Part shown: positions 26,580 through 36,176 of the stretch, in pieces
How positions within the stretch are numbered: the first letter of the stretch is position 1
How the letters are laid out: each line of letters starts with the position of its first letter
NCBI GenBank assembly: GCA_036386415.1
Contig: DASVVT010000088.1
Span: forward strand, 1-64,000
Reading direction: 5' to 3'
DNA: 64,000 nt
From: Pyrinomonadaceae bacterium
GTDB lineage: Bacteria; Acidobacteriota; Blastocatellia; Pyrinomonadales; Pyrinomonadaceae
Notes under the pieces: model-generated
Told to the model about the DNA's origin: nothing
Seen by the model: the letters and a program-made list of their open reading frames with translations, nothing else
Database searches by the model: none
Translations under genes and position numbers: made by a program

Positions 26580-29057
26580 TCACTGTGGGTTATGCCACCT
26601 CGCTATCTGGACGGATGGTTTGCCCCCGGCCCTGGAAAAATCGCCGACGACAAATATGTCGTCTCCACGGATAGCCGCTCCCCCTGCCGTGCTACTAAGC
26701 CCGCTCCCCATCGCAGACCAACCGCTCCCATCCCAGACGGCGATGTTATTAGCAGCAGTGCCACCGGCCTCCATGAAATAGCCTGTGGCGATCAAGCTGT
26801 CATCGTCGAACTTGAGGCCAAGGACGTACGGCAACCCCTCCGACGTAGAGCCTGTCAGGCCGGAGCCGAGGCCGCTCCACTTGCTCCCGTTCCACTTCGC
26901 TATATTGTTGACGGTGCTGCCTCCGGCGAAGTCGAAAGAGCCTCCGACATATACGTCACGACCTTTGTGAGCAACTGCAAAGACGGGGCCATTGACCCCG
27001 TTATATCCGCCTTCGCCGCCGGGTATCGGAACGATAAAGGCCGACCACCTGTTGCCGTCCCATTTCGCGATGTTGTTAGCGCCGCTTCCGCCAGCCAGCG
27101 AAAAAGAGCCCCCGACATACAGATTGTTTCCACTGGCTTCGAGAGCAAACACGTAGCCCTGGTAGATACCGTTCAGCTCTCCCTTGCCGAGCGTAGACCA
27201 GCTCACTCCGTCCCACCTGGCGATACTGTTGGCGGGCACGTCCCCCGCTACGTCAAAGAATCCTCCGGCGTACAGATTACCCTTATCGTCCAGGGTGAGA
27301 GAGAAAACAATATCATCTACACTGTCGCCGATCCCGCTCCCCAGGGCAGACCAGTTCATCCCGTCCCACCTGGCGATCCTGTTGGCCGGAGTGTCCCCGG
27401 CGAATGAGAAATAGCCGCCGACGTAAAGATCGTCTCCCTTGATCGCAATCGCGTTTATAAAGCCGTTGACGCCGTCGTGTACCCCCGATCCTAAGGTTGA
27501 CCACCTCCTTCCGTTCCACCTGGCAATGCCGTTCGCCAGGATGCCCCCGATCCACATCTTATCTCCGGCCACGTAGATGTCGTCCCCGCTGATTGCGATG
27601 GCGCTGAGGTTGCCCTCATTAACTCCGTTGTGCGCCCCGGCATCCGCCATCGCCGCCCACGACTGTGCGGCGGCATCCCACTTCGCCACGTGAAATACGC
27701 GCTCATCTCCCGCCTGGTTGAACGCGCCGACCGCGTAGAGGCCGCTCTCATTTCCGGCGATTCCGAGGACGGAAGCGTTGTATCTGAAGCCCTCCTCGAA
27801 TCCACCTGTAAGCCCCTCGTCAAGGGGCAGCCACCTGCCGTCCCAACGCGCGATGCTATTGGCCCGGACTCCGCCCGCAGAGTTGAAGTCTCCCGCCGCG
27901 TAGAGACGGTGATTGATGACGGCCAGTCCTCTAACGCGGGCGCTTACCTCTCCGCCGTTCTGCAACAGCCCGTCTCCCAGGCCGCTCCACGCGCGCCCGT
28001 TCCAGCGTGCGATATGGTTAATATTGTTTCCGCCCGCGTGACGAAAGAAGCCGCTCGCATAAACGGTCGCCCCATCGACGGCGAGCGCGAGCACCCAGTC
28101 GTCCATCCCCGTCGCGAGCGGCGACCAGGTGGCGTCCGCGCGATTCCACATCGCCACGTAGTTGGCCGCAAGCGTCCCGGCCAACTCGAACTTGCCTCCA
28201 ACGTAGACCTGATTTCCCCTCACGGCGATGGCGGCGATAAAAGCAGGGTCTTCCGGGTCGGGCATGCTTACGCCGCCCCCCGCATCCGACCATGTTTGAC
28301 TCGCCGTATCCCAGCGTGCCAGGTTCGATACCGGCAGACCGCCCGCTTTCGAGAAGTGCCCCCCGGCGTAGAGTTCCTGCCCCGCTGTCGCCAGGGCGTA
28401 GACGAGGACGCCGAACGTGCCTTGCAGTCCGTTACTCTCTCCTGCACCGAGCGGATACCACAATCCGCCCCGCCACCTGGCGATGTTATGAGCACGAACT
28501 TTACCGGCCTGGGAGAAGCTGCCTCCGACGTAAACATCCTCGCCGGAAAAAGCGATGCTGTAGACTGTGCCGTTGACGCCGTTGTTCTCGTTGATCCCAA
28601 GCGAGCGCCAGCGCAGGCCGTCCCACCTCGCGATATTATTGACGCTCGCGTGACTGACGGTCATAAATCTGCCCCCGATAAAGACCTCTGAGCCACGGAC
28701 TGCGACCGTATAGACTTCCGGCTGATCCGTACCGGGCGAGCTCCAGCGTGGGTCCCAGTTGCGGTCTGAGGGGACGGTCTGGATGCCTGCTTCAGCTTCT
28801 ACAGTCAAAGGCTCGAACCTGGGTTGCCCGCTCGAATCCGTCCTCAGCCTCCAGCCTCTGGCATCGAACGATTCATGTAGGTTCTGCTTCAGCGTCCCAT
28901 CCGGGTTGAGCGCCTCCCGGATCAGTTTCCGCGTCGCAAGCGGCGTCGCATCTCTATCTTTGGGTGGCGGGATGCTTCTTTGAGCGTGAGCAGGCCAGAC
29001 CAGCAGTAAAAGCAGTGGTAAAATGGCAATCCTCAGAACAAACCTTGCAACCGGCAT
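26580..29057 (-). CDS. Secreted beta-propeller repeat protein (~14 tandem ~50-aa repeats of the delta-60/SBBP-like type)
   Basis: Signal peptide. Repeated pattern …(V/I)YVGG.F..AGG…ANNIA(R/K)W(D/N)G..WS.LG.G… seen ~14 times. Confidence 0.6.
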   Translation of the reverse strand: MPVARFVLRIAILPLLLLLVWPAHAQRSIPPPKDRDATPLATRKLIREALNPDGTLKQNLHESFDARGWRLRTDSSGQPRFEPLTVEAEAGIQTVPSDRNWDPRWSSPGTDQPEVYTVAVRGSEVFIGGRFMTVSHASVNNIARWDGLRWRSLGINENNGVNGTVYSIAFSGEDVYVGGSFSQAGKVRAHNIARWRGGLWYPLGAGESNGLQGTFGVLVYALATAGQELYAGGHFSKAGGLPVSNLARWDTASQTWSDAGGGVSMPDPEDPAFIAAIAVRGNQVYVGGKFELAGTLAANYVAMWNRADATWSPLATGMDDWVLALAVDGATVYASGFFRHAGGNNINHIARWNGRAWSGLGDGLLQNGGEVSARVRGLAVINHRLYAAGDFNSAGGVRANSIARWDGRWLPLDEGLTGGFEEGFRYNASVLGIAGNESGLYAVGAFNQAGDERVFHVAKWDAAAQSWAAMADAGAHNGVNEGNLSAIAISGDDIYVAGDKMWIGGILANGIARWNGRRWSTLGSGVHDGVNGFINAIAIKGDDLYVGGYFSFAGDTPANRIARWDGMNWSALGSGIGDSVDDIVFSLTLDDKGNLYAGGFFDVAGDVPANSIARWDGVSWSTLGKGELNGIYQGYVFALEASGNNLYVGGSFSLAGGSGANNIAKWDGNRWSAFIVPIPGGEGGYNGVNGPVFAVAHKGRDVYVGGSFDFAGGSTVNNIAKWNGSKWSGLGSGLTGSTSEGLPYVLGLKFDDDSLIATGYFMEAGGTAANNIAVWDGSGWSAMGSGLSSTAGGAAIRGDDIFVVGDFSRAGGKPSVQIARWHNPQ

Positions 29058-29243
29058 GAGCTAATCTTCTCCAAATAGTTTAGGAAATATGATCAAAGAG
29101 AGTATGAAGGATACGCGACAAGGCTCTACATAGTTTCCGGAATCTACGCCGTGAGCATCATCGTCTCTCCCTGCGCGGCATTCTATGTACTATCGCTCTT
29201 TATTCACAAGAGCGCGGCGCGCAGAGTGAGTTCGCTGTAATAC

Positions 29244-29286
29244 AAAAAAAAGCCCGACTACTGATGAGTGCAGGTAGCCGGGCTTG
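29244..29286 (-). terminator. Rho-independent terminator for the flotillin-like gene (minus strand)
   Basis: On the minus strand: GCCCGGCTACCTGCACTCATCAGTAGTCGGGC followed by T8 (A8 at 29244-29251 on plus). Confidence 0.75.
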
Positions 29287-29308
29287 TTCAATTCTATTCC
29301 GCTTAGGT

Positions 29309-31501
29309 TTACTTCACAGGAGCCTTCGATCCGTTCTCCGCCGGAATATTCAAGCGATCCTTGAAGAGATTGAGCAGGAGCAGCGTGCCGAGGTTGCCTG
29401 CGCCGTCGCCCGTGCCGCCCGAAGCCATCACGTCGGGCGTGATGCGCACATTTTTCTCGCCGATCACTTTCAAGGTTTCGACGAGGGCGACGCCCTGCGC
29501 GCCGAGCGCGTTGACCTGTTCGCGGTAGGCCACACCCTGAGCTTCACCCATCAGGCGCACCTTCTCTGCTTCGGCGCGGCCTGTGGCGAGAATGTAGTGC
29601 GCCTCGCCTTCGGCTTCAGCCTTGCGCTGTTCGGCACGCTTGCCGGAGATTTCGACGCCGACCGTGGCCGCCATCAAATCTTTCTGGTTGTTGGCGTGGG
29701 CGGTGGTCTTCTCAAGCTGGATGCGCTTCTCTTCGGCCTCGCGCTGCGCGTCGAACATGTTCTGGCGCTGCTCTGCGAGAATCTTCTCGGTCTGCGTCTT
29801 CATCAGCTCCTCGGGCAGATGAATGTGGCAGATCAGGACGTTGACGACATCGACATGGTACTTCAAGAGGTGCGCGCGCACGCGTGCTTCGGCGCGCTCC
29901 TGTTCCTCGTGGCGATTCTGCAAGTAGGCCATAGCCGAAGATTCGGATGCCTGGTTGCGGAAGATCGAGTCGATCAGAGGGTGCATGACGTTCTGAATCA
30001 GCTTGTCTATAGAGCCGATCTTGGCGACCATGAAGGGCGCATCCTCCGGCTTGACGCGAAAGACGACGCGGACTTCCAGTTGCATCGTGAAACCGTCTTT
30101 CGAGATGACCTCGAACGGGTCGAACGTGTTGGCTACTTCGCCCGCCGTCCACTCGACCGTCTGGTTGGTGGTCGGGATGACGATGGGCGTGATCGCCAGC
30201 GTGTTGACGTAGTAGCGTCCGGGGCCGACGACCGTCTCCTGTATGCCGCGATAGCCTTCGGGGACGACGTAAGCCTCGTGCGCGCCCTGATCCAGACGGC
30301 GGTCAGCCGGATCGCCTGAGAGCAGGTCTTCCTGAATCTCCGCGACCGTGCGGCTCTCGTCTTCGAGCTTGTCCAGGCGCTCGGCTGCTTTGCTGATCTG
30401 TTCCTCTTCCTCCCGTTCTAAGCGCTCGCGCACTTTCGCCGCCATCTCGCGCCGCACTTCATCCGAAGGGTCTTTGCCGACGTTTGAGACGACGACGGCA
30501 ACTTCGCCCGGTCTGACCTCCTTGGCCGTTTCAGGAATCACTTTGAAGAGCAGCGGGTTGATGTAGTAGGTGCCGGGCAGCAGGATGTCCTTCTGCGGCC
30601 CACGTTGTCCGCCGCGACCGATGAACTCATGGCCGTCCTGAAAATTGTCGTGGCCTGCGACGGGCGCGGCGACGTAATCGCGTTGATCGAGCGGCGCGCC
30701 GTCCAGAGCTTCGACCAGTCCGATCTGGTTCTCGCTGATGACGGTCGCGTCGAAGAGTCGCACGTTGAAGAGTCCGGCCTTGACCTCGTTCGTGTTGTCG
30801 AGGTTGACGGAGTTTGTCAGGATGCGATAGGTGCCGGGCGTCAGGATGTCCACCTGCGGCCCTTTCTGCCCGCCGGAGGCGATGAACTGTTCGGCATTCT
30901 GAAAGTTGAGGTGGCCTTCAATGGCTTTGCCGAGCAGGCGACCCGCATCGAGCTGAGCGCCGTCGGCTGCCGTCACAATGCCCACCTTGCCCTGCGGAAC
31001 GACGGTCGTCTTCGTCACAGAGACGCGAAACAGGTATGGATGAATCGGCCATAGCCCGGGCGGCAGCGTGCGAAGCTGTATGCCCTTGACGCCTCCCTGC
31101 TTGATGAAGGCAATCGGGTCCTGGAAATTGTTGTGTGCGTTCTGCGCGCGGTCGGGCGCGAAGATTCTTCCGGGAGCCATCGGCTCGCCGTCCACGGCTT
31201 CGATCACGCCCATCTCGTCAGCGCCGATCTCGATCAAGGGCACTTTGTGGACGACGCGCTCGAACGGGTACTTGATGAGATGCAGCCCAGGCTTCAGGAC
31301 GTCGGCCTGAATGCCGACCTCGCCTTCCGTCGCCACGACGCGTCCGGGCGGCATCTTGTGTCCGAAGTAGCGCCGCTCTTTAATCGCGATCTCTTTCGCG
31401 CCGACGTTGACCAGGATGCGGCTCAGAATGACGAGCAGCAAGATGAGCGCGATCCCTGCGACGACCGCGATAGGGACGAGTGAATAGATGTCTATATCCA
31501 T
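29309..31501 (-). CDS. Flotillin-like SPFH/Band-7 protein with N-terminal TM anchor and a triplicated ~90-aa N-terminal repeat
   Basis: C-terminal SPFH plus EA-rich coiled coil (…AEQRKAEAEGEAHYILATGRAEAEKVRLMGEAQG…). Three repeats of G..A.DGA.LD…GH.NFQ….FI..GGQ(K/R)GPQ.DIL.PGTY.IN…F.V. Confidence 0.75.
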   Translation of the reverse strand: MDIDIYSLVPIAVVAGIALILLLVILSRILVNVGAKEIAIKERRYFGHKMPPGRVVATEGEVGIQADVLKPGLHLIKYPFERVVHKVPLIEIGADEMGVIEAVDGEPMAPGRIFAPDRAQNAHNNFQDPIAFIKQGGVKGIQLRTLPPGLWPIHPYLFRVSVTKTTVVPQGKVGIVTAADGAQLDAGRLLGKAIEGHLNFQNAEQFIASGGQKGPQVDILTPGTYRILTNSVNLDNTNEVKAGLFNVRLFDATVISENQIGLVEALDGAPLDQRDYVAAPVAGHDNFQDGHEFIGRGGQRGPQKDILLPGTYYINPLLFKVIPETAKEVRPGEVAVVVSNVGKDPSDEVRREMAAKVRERLEREEEEQISKAAERLDKLEDESRTVAEIQEDLLSGDPADRRLDQGAHEAYVVPEGYRGIQETVVGPGRYYVNTLAITPIVIPTTNQTVEWTAGEVANTFDPFEVISKDGFTMQLEVRVVFRVKPEDAPFMVAKIGSIDKLIQNVMHPLIDSIFRNQASESSAMAYLQNRHEEQERAEARVRAHLLKYHVDVVNVLICHIHLPEELMKTQTEKILAEQRQNMFDAQREAEEKRIQLEKTTAHANNQKDLMAATVGVEISGKRAEQRKAEAEGEAHYILATGRAEAEKVRLMGEAQGVAYREQVNALGAQGVALVETLKVIGEKNVRITPDVMASGGTGDGAGNLGTLLLLNLFKDRLNIPAENGSKAPVK

Positions 31502-31547
31502 CGGTTAAAGTCCTCAGCTTCTAGCGAAGGGTTTAGGGATTCAAGCG

Positions 31548-32246
31548 TCATTGAATGCTTTCAATCGCCGCCGCTAGTTCACGGCGAAGCCCTGCGAGCT
31601 TTAGTTTCAAGACAAAGCCCGCGCCAGAATTTCTCACACCCGTCGTCAGCAACCAGTATTCGCTCTCCATGAGCGTGCGCAGCTCCTGCGCAGAGATGCC
31701 CGCGAGGCGACGCTCGCGCCAGAATTGAAAGGCCGTTTCGATGGCCTTCTGATAGAGGGCGGCATCATCGGCCAGCGCCGCGACGTGCAGCATCTTGGGG
31801 AGCGCCCCTCTGTCGGGAGAGGTCTTCCACGCTTCGATGAAGGCTTCTGCCAGCCGACGGTTGACGCGCAACTCTTCACTACGTGTGATGTGCGAGACGA
31901 GAGCCAGCAGTTTCTGATCCGAATCCGCCCGCTCGACGAGCGCATTCAGAATTTCGTCATAGAGAGCAGCATCGCCGCACGCCGCAGCGTCGCTTAGGGC
32001 TGTCCTATCGCTACGCGCTGCGCGTTCATGCAAGGCCGCACGCGCTTCCGAAGTGACGCTGTTTGCCTTGACCGGAGCACGACCCGCCTGCGGCTCTTCG
32101 ACCGTATCGACGCTAAACAGTCCGCCAAAGCGCGGCGGAATCCGGCCCTGCTCGGCATCGCGTTCGGATGGCGTGCGTTGCCAGCAATAGAAAGCGTAAG
32201 AGATTGCAGCGATTAGAAGAAACGAGGTGATGAGAACGGTGACCAT
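31548..32246 (-). CDS. Hypothetical membrane-anchored protein
   Basis: N-terminal TM, Ala/Leu-rich helical body. No recognisable motif. Confidence 0.4.
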   Translation of the reverse strand: MVTVLITSFLLIAAISYAFYCWQRTPSERDAEQGRIPPRFGGLFSVDTVEEPQAGRAPVKANSVTSEARAALHERAARSDRTALSDAAACGDAALYDEILNALVERADSDQKLLALVSHITRSEELRVNRRLAEAFIEAWKTSPDRGALPKMLHVAALADDAALYQKAIETAFQFWRERRLAGISAQELRTLMESEYWLLTTGVRNSGAGFVLKLKLAGLRRELAAAIESIQ

Positions 32247-32359
32247 TTTGGCCTTCGACGCCCTGTGCGATGGCTTTCCAACGTGTCCGCACTTCTGCCG
32301 GGGCGTCCGATCCGCTTAGTATTATACGACAGTCCGGCTATTGAAGTTTATCTTTTCTT

Positions 32360-32440
32360 AGCGTCCTTTGCGCCAATCCTTTGCGTTCTTTGCGTTGAGA
32401 GGTTTTTCAACGCACAGAACGCAAAGGAGGAAGACGCTGG
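32360..32440. repeat. CGCAAAG-type hairpin element, copy G2 (degenerate)
   Basis: GCGTCCTTTGCG CCAATCCTTTGCG TTCTTTGCG … CGCACAGAACGCAAAGGAGGAAGACGC. Confidence 0.7.
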
Positions 32441-32661
32441 AGGTGCGCGAAGAATGATCTATTTAATGGACATCGCTTGCGCGCCGGATAACCATCTGAG
32501 CAAACAGGCGGGCAGGAATTCCGCCCAAACACCACGCAAATCGTCCGGGAATTATGGAAAACCGGCTTGCTCAGATCGTGCAGAGCGCGGTAAAGTAGCA
32601 GCCGATTAACAATCCCCGCGCACTCCCTCGGTTTTCAAAAGCTTGCTGGAGGTCACTTCTG

Positions 32662-35052
32662 ATGTCTGGTGGAATTGTCGAACTCGAAAAGCCGACCAAT
32701 GAGTATCCTGATATCGTCGGCGCGCATCCCGAAAATCCATTGGCCGCTTCATTTCGCCCGTACATTCCCGCACGCGTGAAATTACGCGAACTGACTCCGC
32801 TTCCCTTAATCGTCGGAACACTTCTCGGCATCGTGTTCGGAGCATCCTCGCTCTACCTTGTGCTCAAGGTCGGTTTGACCGTGAGCGCATCAATCCCTGT
32901 CGCAGTCATTTCGATCACGCTCTTTCGCGTCCTTTCAAAGTTCGGGTTGAGAGACGCGACGATCCTTGAGAACAACATCGTCCAGACGGCGGGCTCGGCT
33001 GGAGAATCCATAGCCTTCGGCCTCGGCGTGACGATGCCCGCCATCATGATCCTCGGCTTCGACCTTGACGTCACGCGCGTGATGCTCGTCGCCGTTCTGG
33101 GCGGCCTGCTCGGCATCCTGATGATGATTCCCTTGCGGCGCGCGCTCATCGTCGCACAGCACGGCATCCTGAAATACCCTGAAGGGACGGCCTGCGCCGA
33201 AGTGCTCAAAGCAGGGGCTTCGGATGAGTCAAGGCGGGCGGCGCACGAAGACCCTGCGTCCGCTGCCGTCGCAGACGAAGCGACCGTCGGCGGCAAGACG
33301 ATCATCGCGGGCTTCGGCATAGGCTTCATTTATTACGGGCTCCAACAGATTTTCAAGACGTGGAAGGAGATTCCGACCAAAGTTTTCGGGCGGCCATTCG
33401 AGGCCGGTTCTCTCTCGATTGAAAACAATCCGGCGCTGCTTGGCGTCGGCTACATCATCGGGCCGCGTATCGCCTCGATCATGGCGGCGGGCGGTGTCCT
33501 GTCTTACCTCGTGCTGATTCCGGCGATCAAGTTTTTCGGCTCCGGCCTGGCGGCTCCACTTGCGCCTGAGACCGCGCACCTCATCAAAGATATGTCGGTA
33601 GGGGATATTCAGAAGGCATACATTCTCTACATCGGCGCGGGCGCGGTCGCGGCGGGCGGCATCATCAGCCTCTTTCGCTCGCTGCCCGTCATCTGGCACG
33701 GGTTGAAGGGAGGGCTCGCTGACCTGCGTAGAACGAAGGCTGCGAGCGATAATGCGCCGCGCACAGACCGCGACCTTTCGATGAAGTTCGTGCTTGGCGG
33801 GATTGTCGCCCTGCTGGTGGCGATCATGATCTTCCCGCATCTTAATCTGCAATTCAATCTGCTTGGCGCGTTTCTCATTGTCGCCTTCGGCTTTCTCTTC
33901 GTCACCGTTTCGTCGCGCCTGACGGGCGAGGTCGGCTCCTCTTCGAACCCGATCTCGGGCATGACGGTGGCGACGCTGCTGCTGACCTGCCTGGCCTTCC
34001 TGATTATCGGCTGGACTGCGCCGCCCTACTTTGTGACGGCGCTGTCAATCGGCGGCATCGTCTGCATCGCCGCGTCGAACGGCGGCACGACCTCGCAGGA
34101 TTTGAAGACCGGCTTTCTGGTCGGCGCGACGCCGAGCGCTCAACAGATTGCCATCCTCGTGGGCGCGCTCTCTTCGGCGCTCGTGCTCGGCTATATACTC
34201 CTCTGGTTGAACCAGTCCTCGTCTGTCTACGTTCCGGTCGCCAACAACACACAGATCAGTCTCCCGGCGGATTTTCGATTTGACCCCGCCAAATGCGAAC
34301 AGAGCGGCGGGCAGCCCAAGCGTGAGCAGTTGCTGGGGCCGCAGGCATCGTCTGATACGGCGAGCTATCTGGTCTGTCACCAGACAGAGACCTCCGTAGG
34401 CCAGGTGGGTCGCTACCTTGTTAACGATCAGGGCGTGCCGGTTTACTTCTCAGACCCGGGCATCAACGGCATTATCACGGAGCGCCCCGGCGGCGGCAGC
34501 GTGACCAAGTACAACGCGCCGAAGGCGACGCTCATGTCCTACATCATCAAGGGTATTTTGAGCGGCGAACTTCCCTGGGGGCTCGTGCTCCTGGGCGTCT
34601 TCATCGCCATCGTGCTTGAGCTTTCGGGCATCCCGTCCTTAGCCTTCGCCGTCGGCGTCTACCTGCCCCTCTCAACCTCTGCGCCGATCTTCGTCGGCGG
34701 CATGGTGCGCTGGGGTGTGGACAAATACCTGCGGGGCAAACCTGAGAATAAGAAGCTGACCGAGGAGCAACTCATCGCCGAGGGCGACAAGAGTTCCGGC
34801 GTGCTGCTCGCATCCGGCTACATCGCGGGCGGAGCGCTCGCAGGCGTCGTCCACGCCTTCCTCAACCTGAGCGAAGGCGTCGCAACCCGCCTCACGGGCT
34901 TCGAGCATTGGTCAGCCGCCAACAACCCTTTCTTCGAGGGGCCAATGTCAGACCTCCTGGCTCTCATCCCGCTTATAGTACTGACGGTGCTGCTCTATCT
35001 GGTCGGACGCGAGATGATCTTCGGCGGGCGGGCTGGCCGCGCCGGAGGCTGA
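32662..35052 (+). CDS. OPT-family oligopeptide transporter
   Basis: ~16 TM segments with an OPT-superfamily pattern (…SESIAFGLGVTMPAIMILGF…; …GGTTSQDLKTGFLVGATP…). A ~100-aa hydrophilic insertion is present. Confidence 0.8.
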   Translation: MSGGIVELEKPTNEYPDIVGAHPENPLAASFRPYIPARVKLRELTPLPLIVGTLLGIVFGASSLYLVLKVGLTVSASIPVAVISITLFRVLSKFGLRDATILENNIVQTAGSAGESIAFGLGVTMPAIMILGFDLDVTRVMLVAVLGGLLGILMMIPLRRALIVAQHGILKYPEGTACAEVLKAGASDESRRAAHEDPASAAVADEATVGGKTIIAGFGIGFIYYGLQQIFKTWKEIPTKVFGRPFEAGSLSIENNPALLGVGYIIGPRIASIMAAGGVLSYLVLIPAIKFFGSGLAAPLAPETAHLIKDMSVGDIQKAYILYIGAGAVAAGGIISLFRSLPVIWHGLKGGLADLRRTKAASDNAPRTDRDLSMKFVLGGIVALLVAIMIFPHLNLQFNLLGAFLIVAFGFLFVTVSSRLTGEVGSSSNPISGMTVATLLLTCLAFLIIGWTAPPYFVTALSIGGIVCIAASNGGTTSQDLKTGFLVGATPSAQQIAILVGALSSALVLGYILLWLNQSSSVYVPVANNTQISLPADFRFDPAKCEQSGGQPKREQLLGPQASSDTASYLVCHQTETSVGQVGRYLVNDQGVPVYFSDPGINGIITERPGGGSVTKYNAPKATLMSYIIKGILSGELPWGLVLLGVFIAIVLELSGIPSLAFAVGVYLPLSTSAPIFVGGMVRWGVDKYLRGKPENKKLTEEQLIAEGDKSSGVLLASGYIAGGALAGVVHAFLNLSEGVATRLTGFEHWSAANNPFFEGPMSDLLALIPLIVLTVLLYLVGREMIFGGRAGRAGG

Positions 35053-35094
35053 GGCATCAGGTCAGTACCGCCTGCTTAAGCCGGGCGGGAGATA

Positions 35095-35208
35095 GGATTG
35101 CGGAATGCGGATTTCGGATTGCGGATTTATGCTTCTTAATCTCGAATCTGAAATTTGAGATTCCAGATCACAAATCTTGTAATCCGCAATCCACAATCTA
35201 CAATCCCC
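35095..35208. repeat. ATTGCGG-heptamer hairpin element, copy 1
   Basis: Arms GGATTGCGGAATGCGGATTTCGGATTGCGGATTT and AATCCGCAATCCACAATCTACAATCCCC. The loop is the reverse complement (~80% identical) of the loop at 59677-59729. Confidence 0.85.
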
Positions 35209-35275
35209 ATTTGGCAGAGGCGCGCTCAGAATTACCTGACGGGCGCGCCTCGAATTTCGTATCCAAGGAAATCAG

Positions 35276-36106
35276 ATGAACGAACGTTCCACGCACGGCC
35301 ACCCGGCGCGCACGCTCTCCAGGGGTCTGATGGCCGCGCTTCTGCTATCGGCAATGAGCGCGCCCCTGATAGTCTCGGCGCAGACCGCGGCGCAGCAGAA
35401 GCTACAGCGCACGCCGACGGAGACTGTGCGCGAGTTCTACAAGGCGCTGCGCGAGAGACGTTTTCGCGAAGCCTTCGCGCTCTCCATCTACAAGCCTGCG
35501 ATTGACGGCTTGAGCCGCGAGGAGTTTGAAGACCTGCGCCCGGATTTCGATAGGATGGGGGCGGCTATCCCCGACAAAGTGGAGATCAGCGGCGAGCAGA
35601 TCAGCAGTGATACGGCAACGGTCTTCGTCAAAATCCTCGGTGATGAGACGGGCGCGACGGCGCAGGCCGAACCCATCTCCTTGATGCGCACGAAAGGCGG
35701 CGAGTGGATCGTCGGCGACCCCGCGAACGAAAAGATTGTTCAGAAGGACGGCAAAGAGTTCTTTTTCAAGGCGCGCATCAACACCCATCACACCGAAGTG
35801 CGCGCCATGATGCAGCGCATCATGCTCGCAGAGGTCGTCTACGGCAAACAGCATAACGGCCAGTTTGCAGACCTCTCGATGCTCATCAATGCCGGACTCA
35901 TCCCGAAGGACATAGAGGCGACCGAATCCACAGGCTACCGTTTCCACATCACGCTCGCGCCCGACAGGAAAAGTTACACAGCCGGAGCCGAGCCCGCGCG
36001 CTACAATCGCACGGGTCGCTACTCCTTCTACCTGGACAATAAATCGGGGATTCAGGAAGACGACGTGGGGGGCAAGCCGCTCGTCCCCTCGCCGAAAAAA
36101 GATTGA
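35276..36106 (+). CDS. Hypothetical secreted protein
   Basis: Signal peptide LLLSAMSAPLIVSAQTA. No diagnostic motif. Confidence 0.5.
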   Translation: MNERSTHGHPARTLSRGLMAALLLSAMSAPLIVSAQTAAQQKLQRTPTETVREFYKALRERRFREAFALSIYKPAIDGLSREEFEDLRPDFDRMGAAIPDKVEISGEQISSDTATVFVKILGDETGATAQAEPISLMRTKGGEWIVGDPANEKIVQKDGKEFFFKARINTHHTEVRAMMQRIMLAEVVYGKQHNGQFADLSMLINAGLIPKDIEATESTGYRFHITLAPDRKSYTAGAEPARYNRTGRYSFYLDNKSGIQEDDVGGKPLVPSPKKD

Positions 36107-36176
36107 CGGCGCTGGGCTGGCGGCGGCCACGGCCTTCCGACGTCTGTCGATAGATTGATGCGGCGAGAAAGGATCA

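Noticed and set aside
26592-28691. Two long plus-strand ORFs (271 and 353 aa) opposite the propeller-repeat gene
   Set aside because: Shadow ORFs of a repetitive GC-rich gene. The minus frame has a signal peptide and regular repeats.
29264-30319. 351-aa plus-strand ORF opposite the flotillin-like gene
   Set aside because: Shadow ORF. The minus-strand frame has SPFH motifs and a terminator.
33229-33852. 207-aa minus-strand ORF inside the OPT transporter gene
   Set aside because: Antisense to a polytopic transporter with consistent TM periodicity. Arg/Asp-rich artefact.
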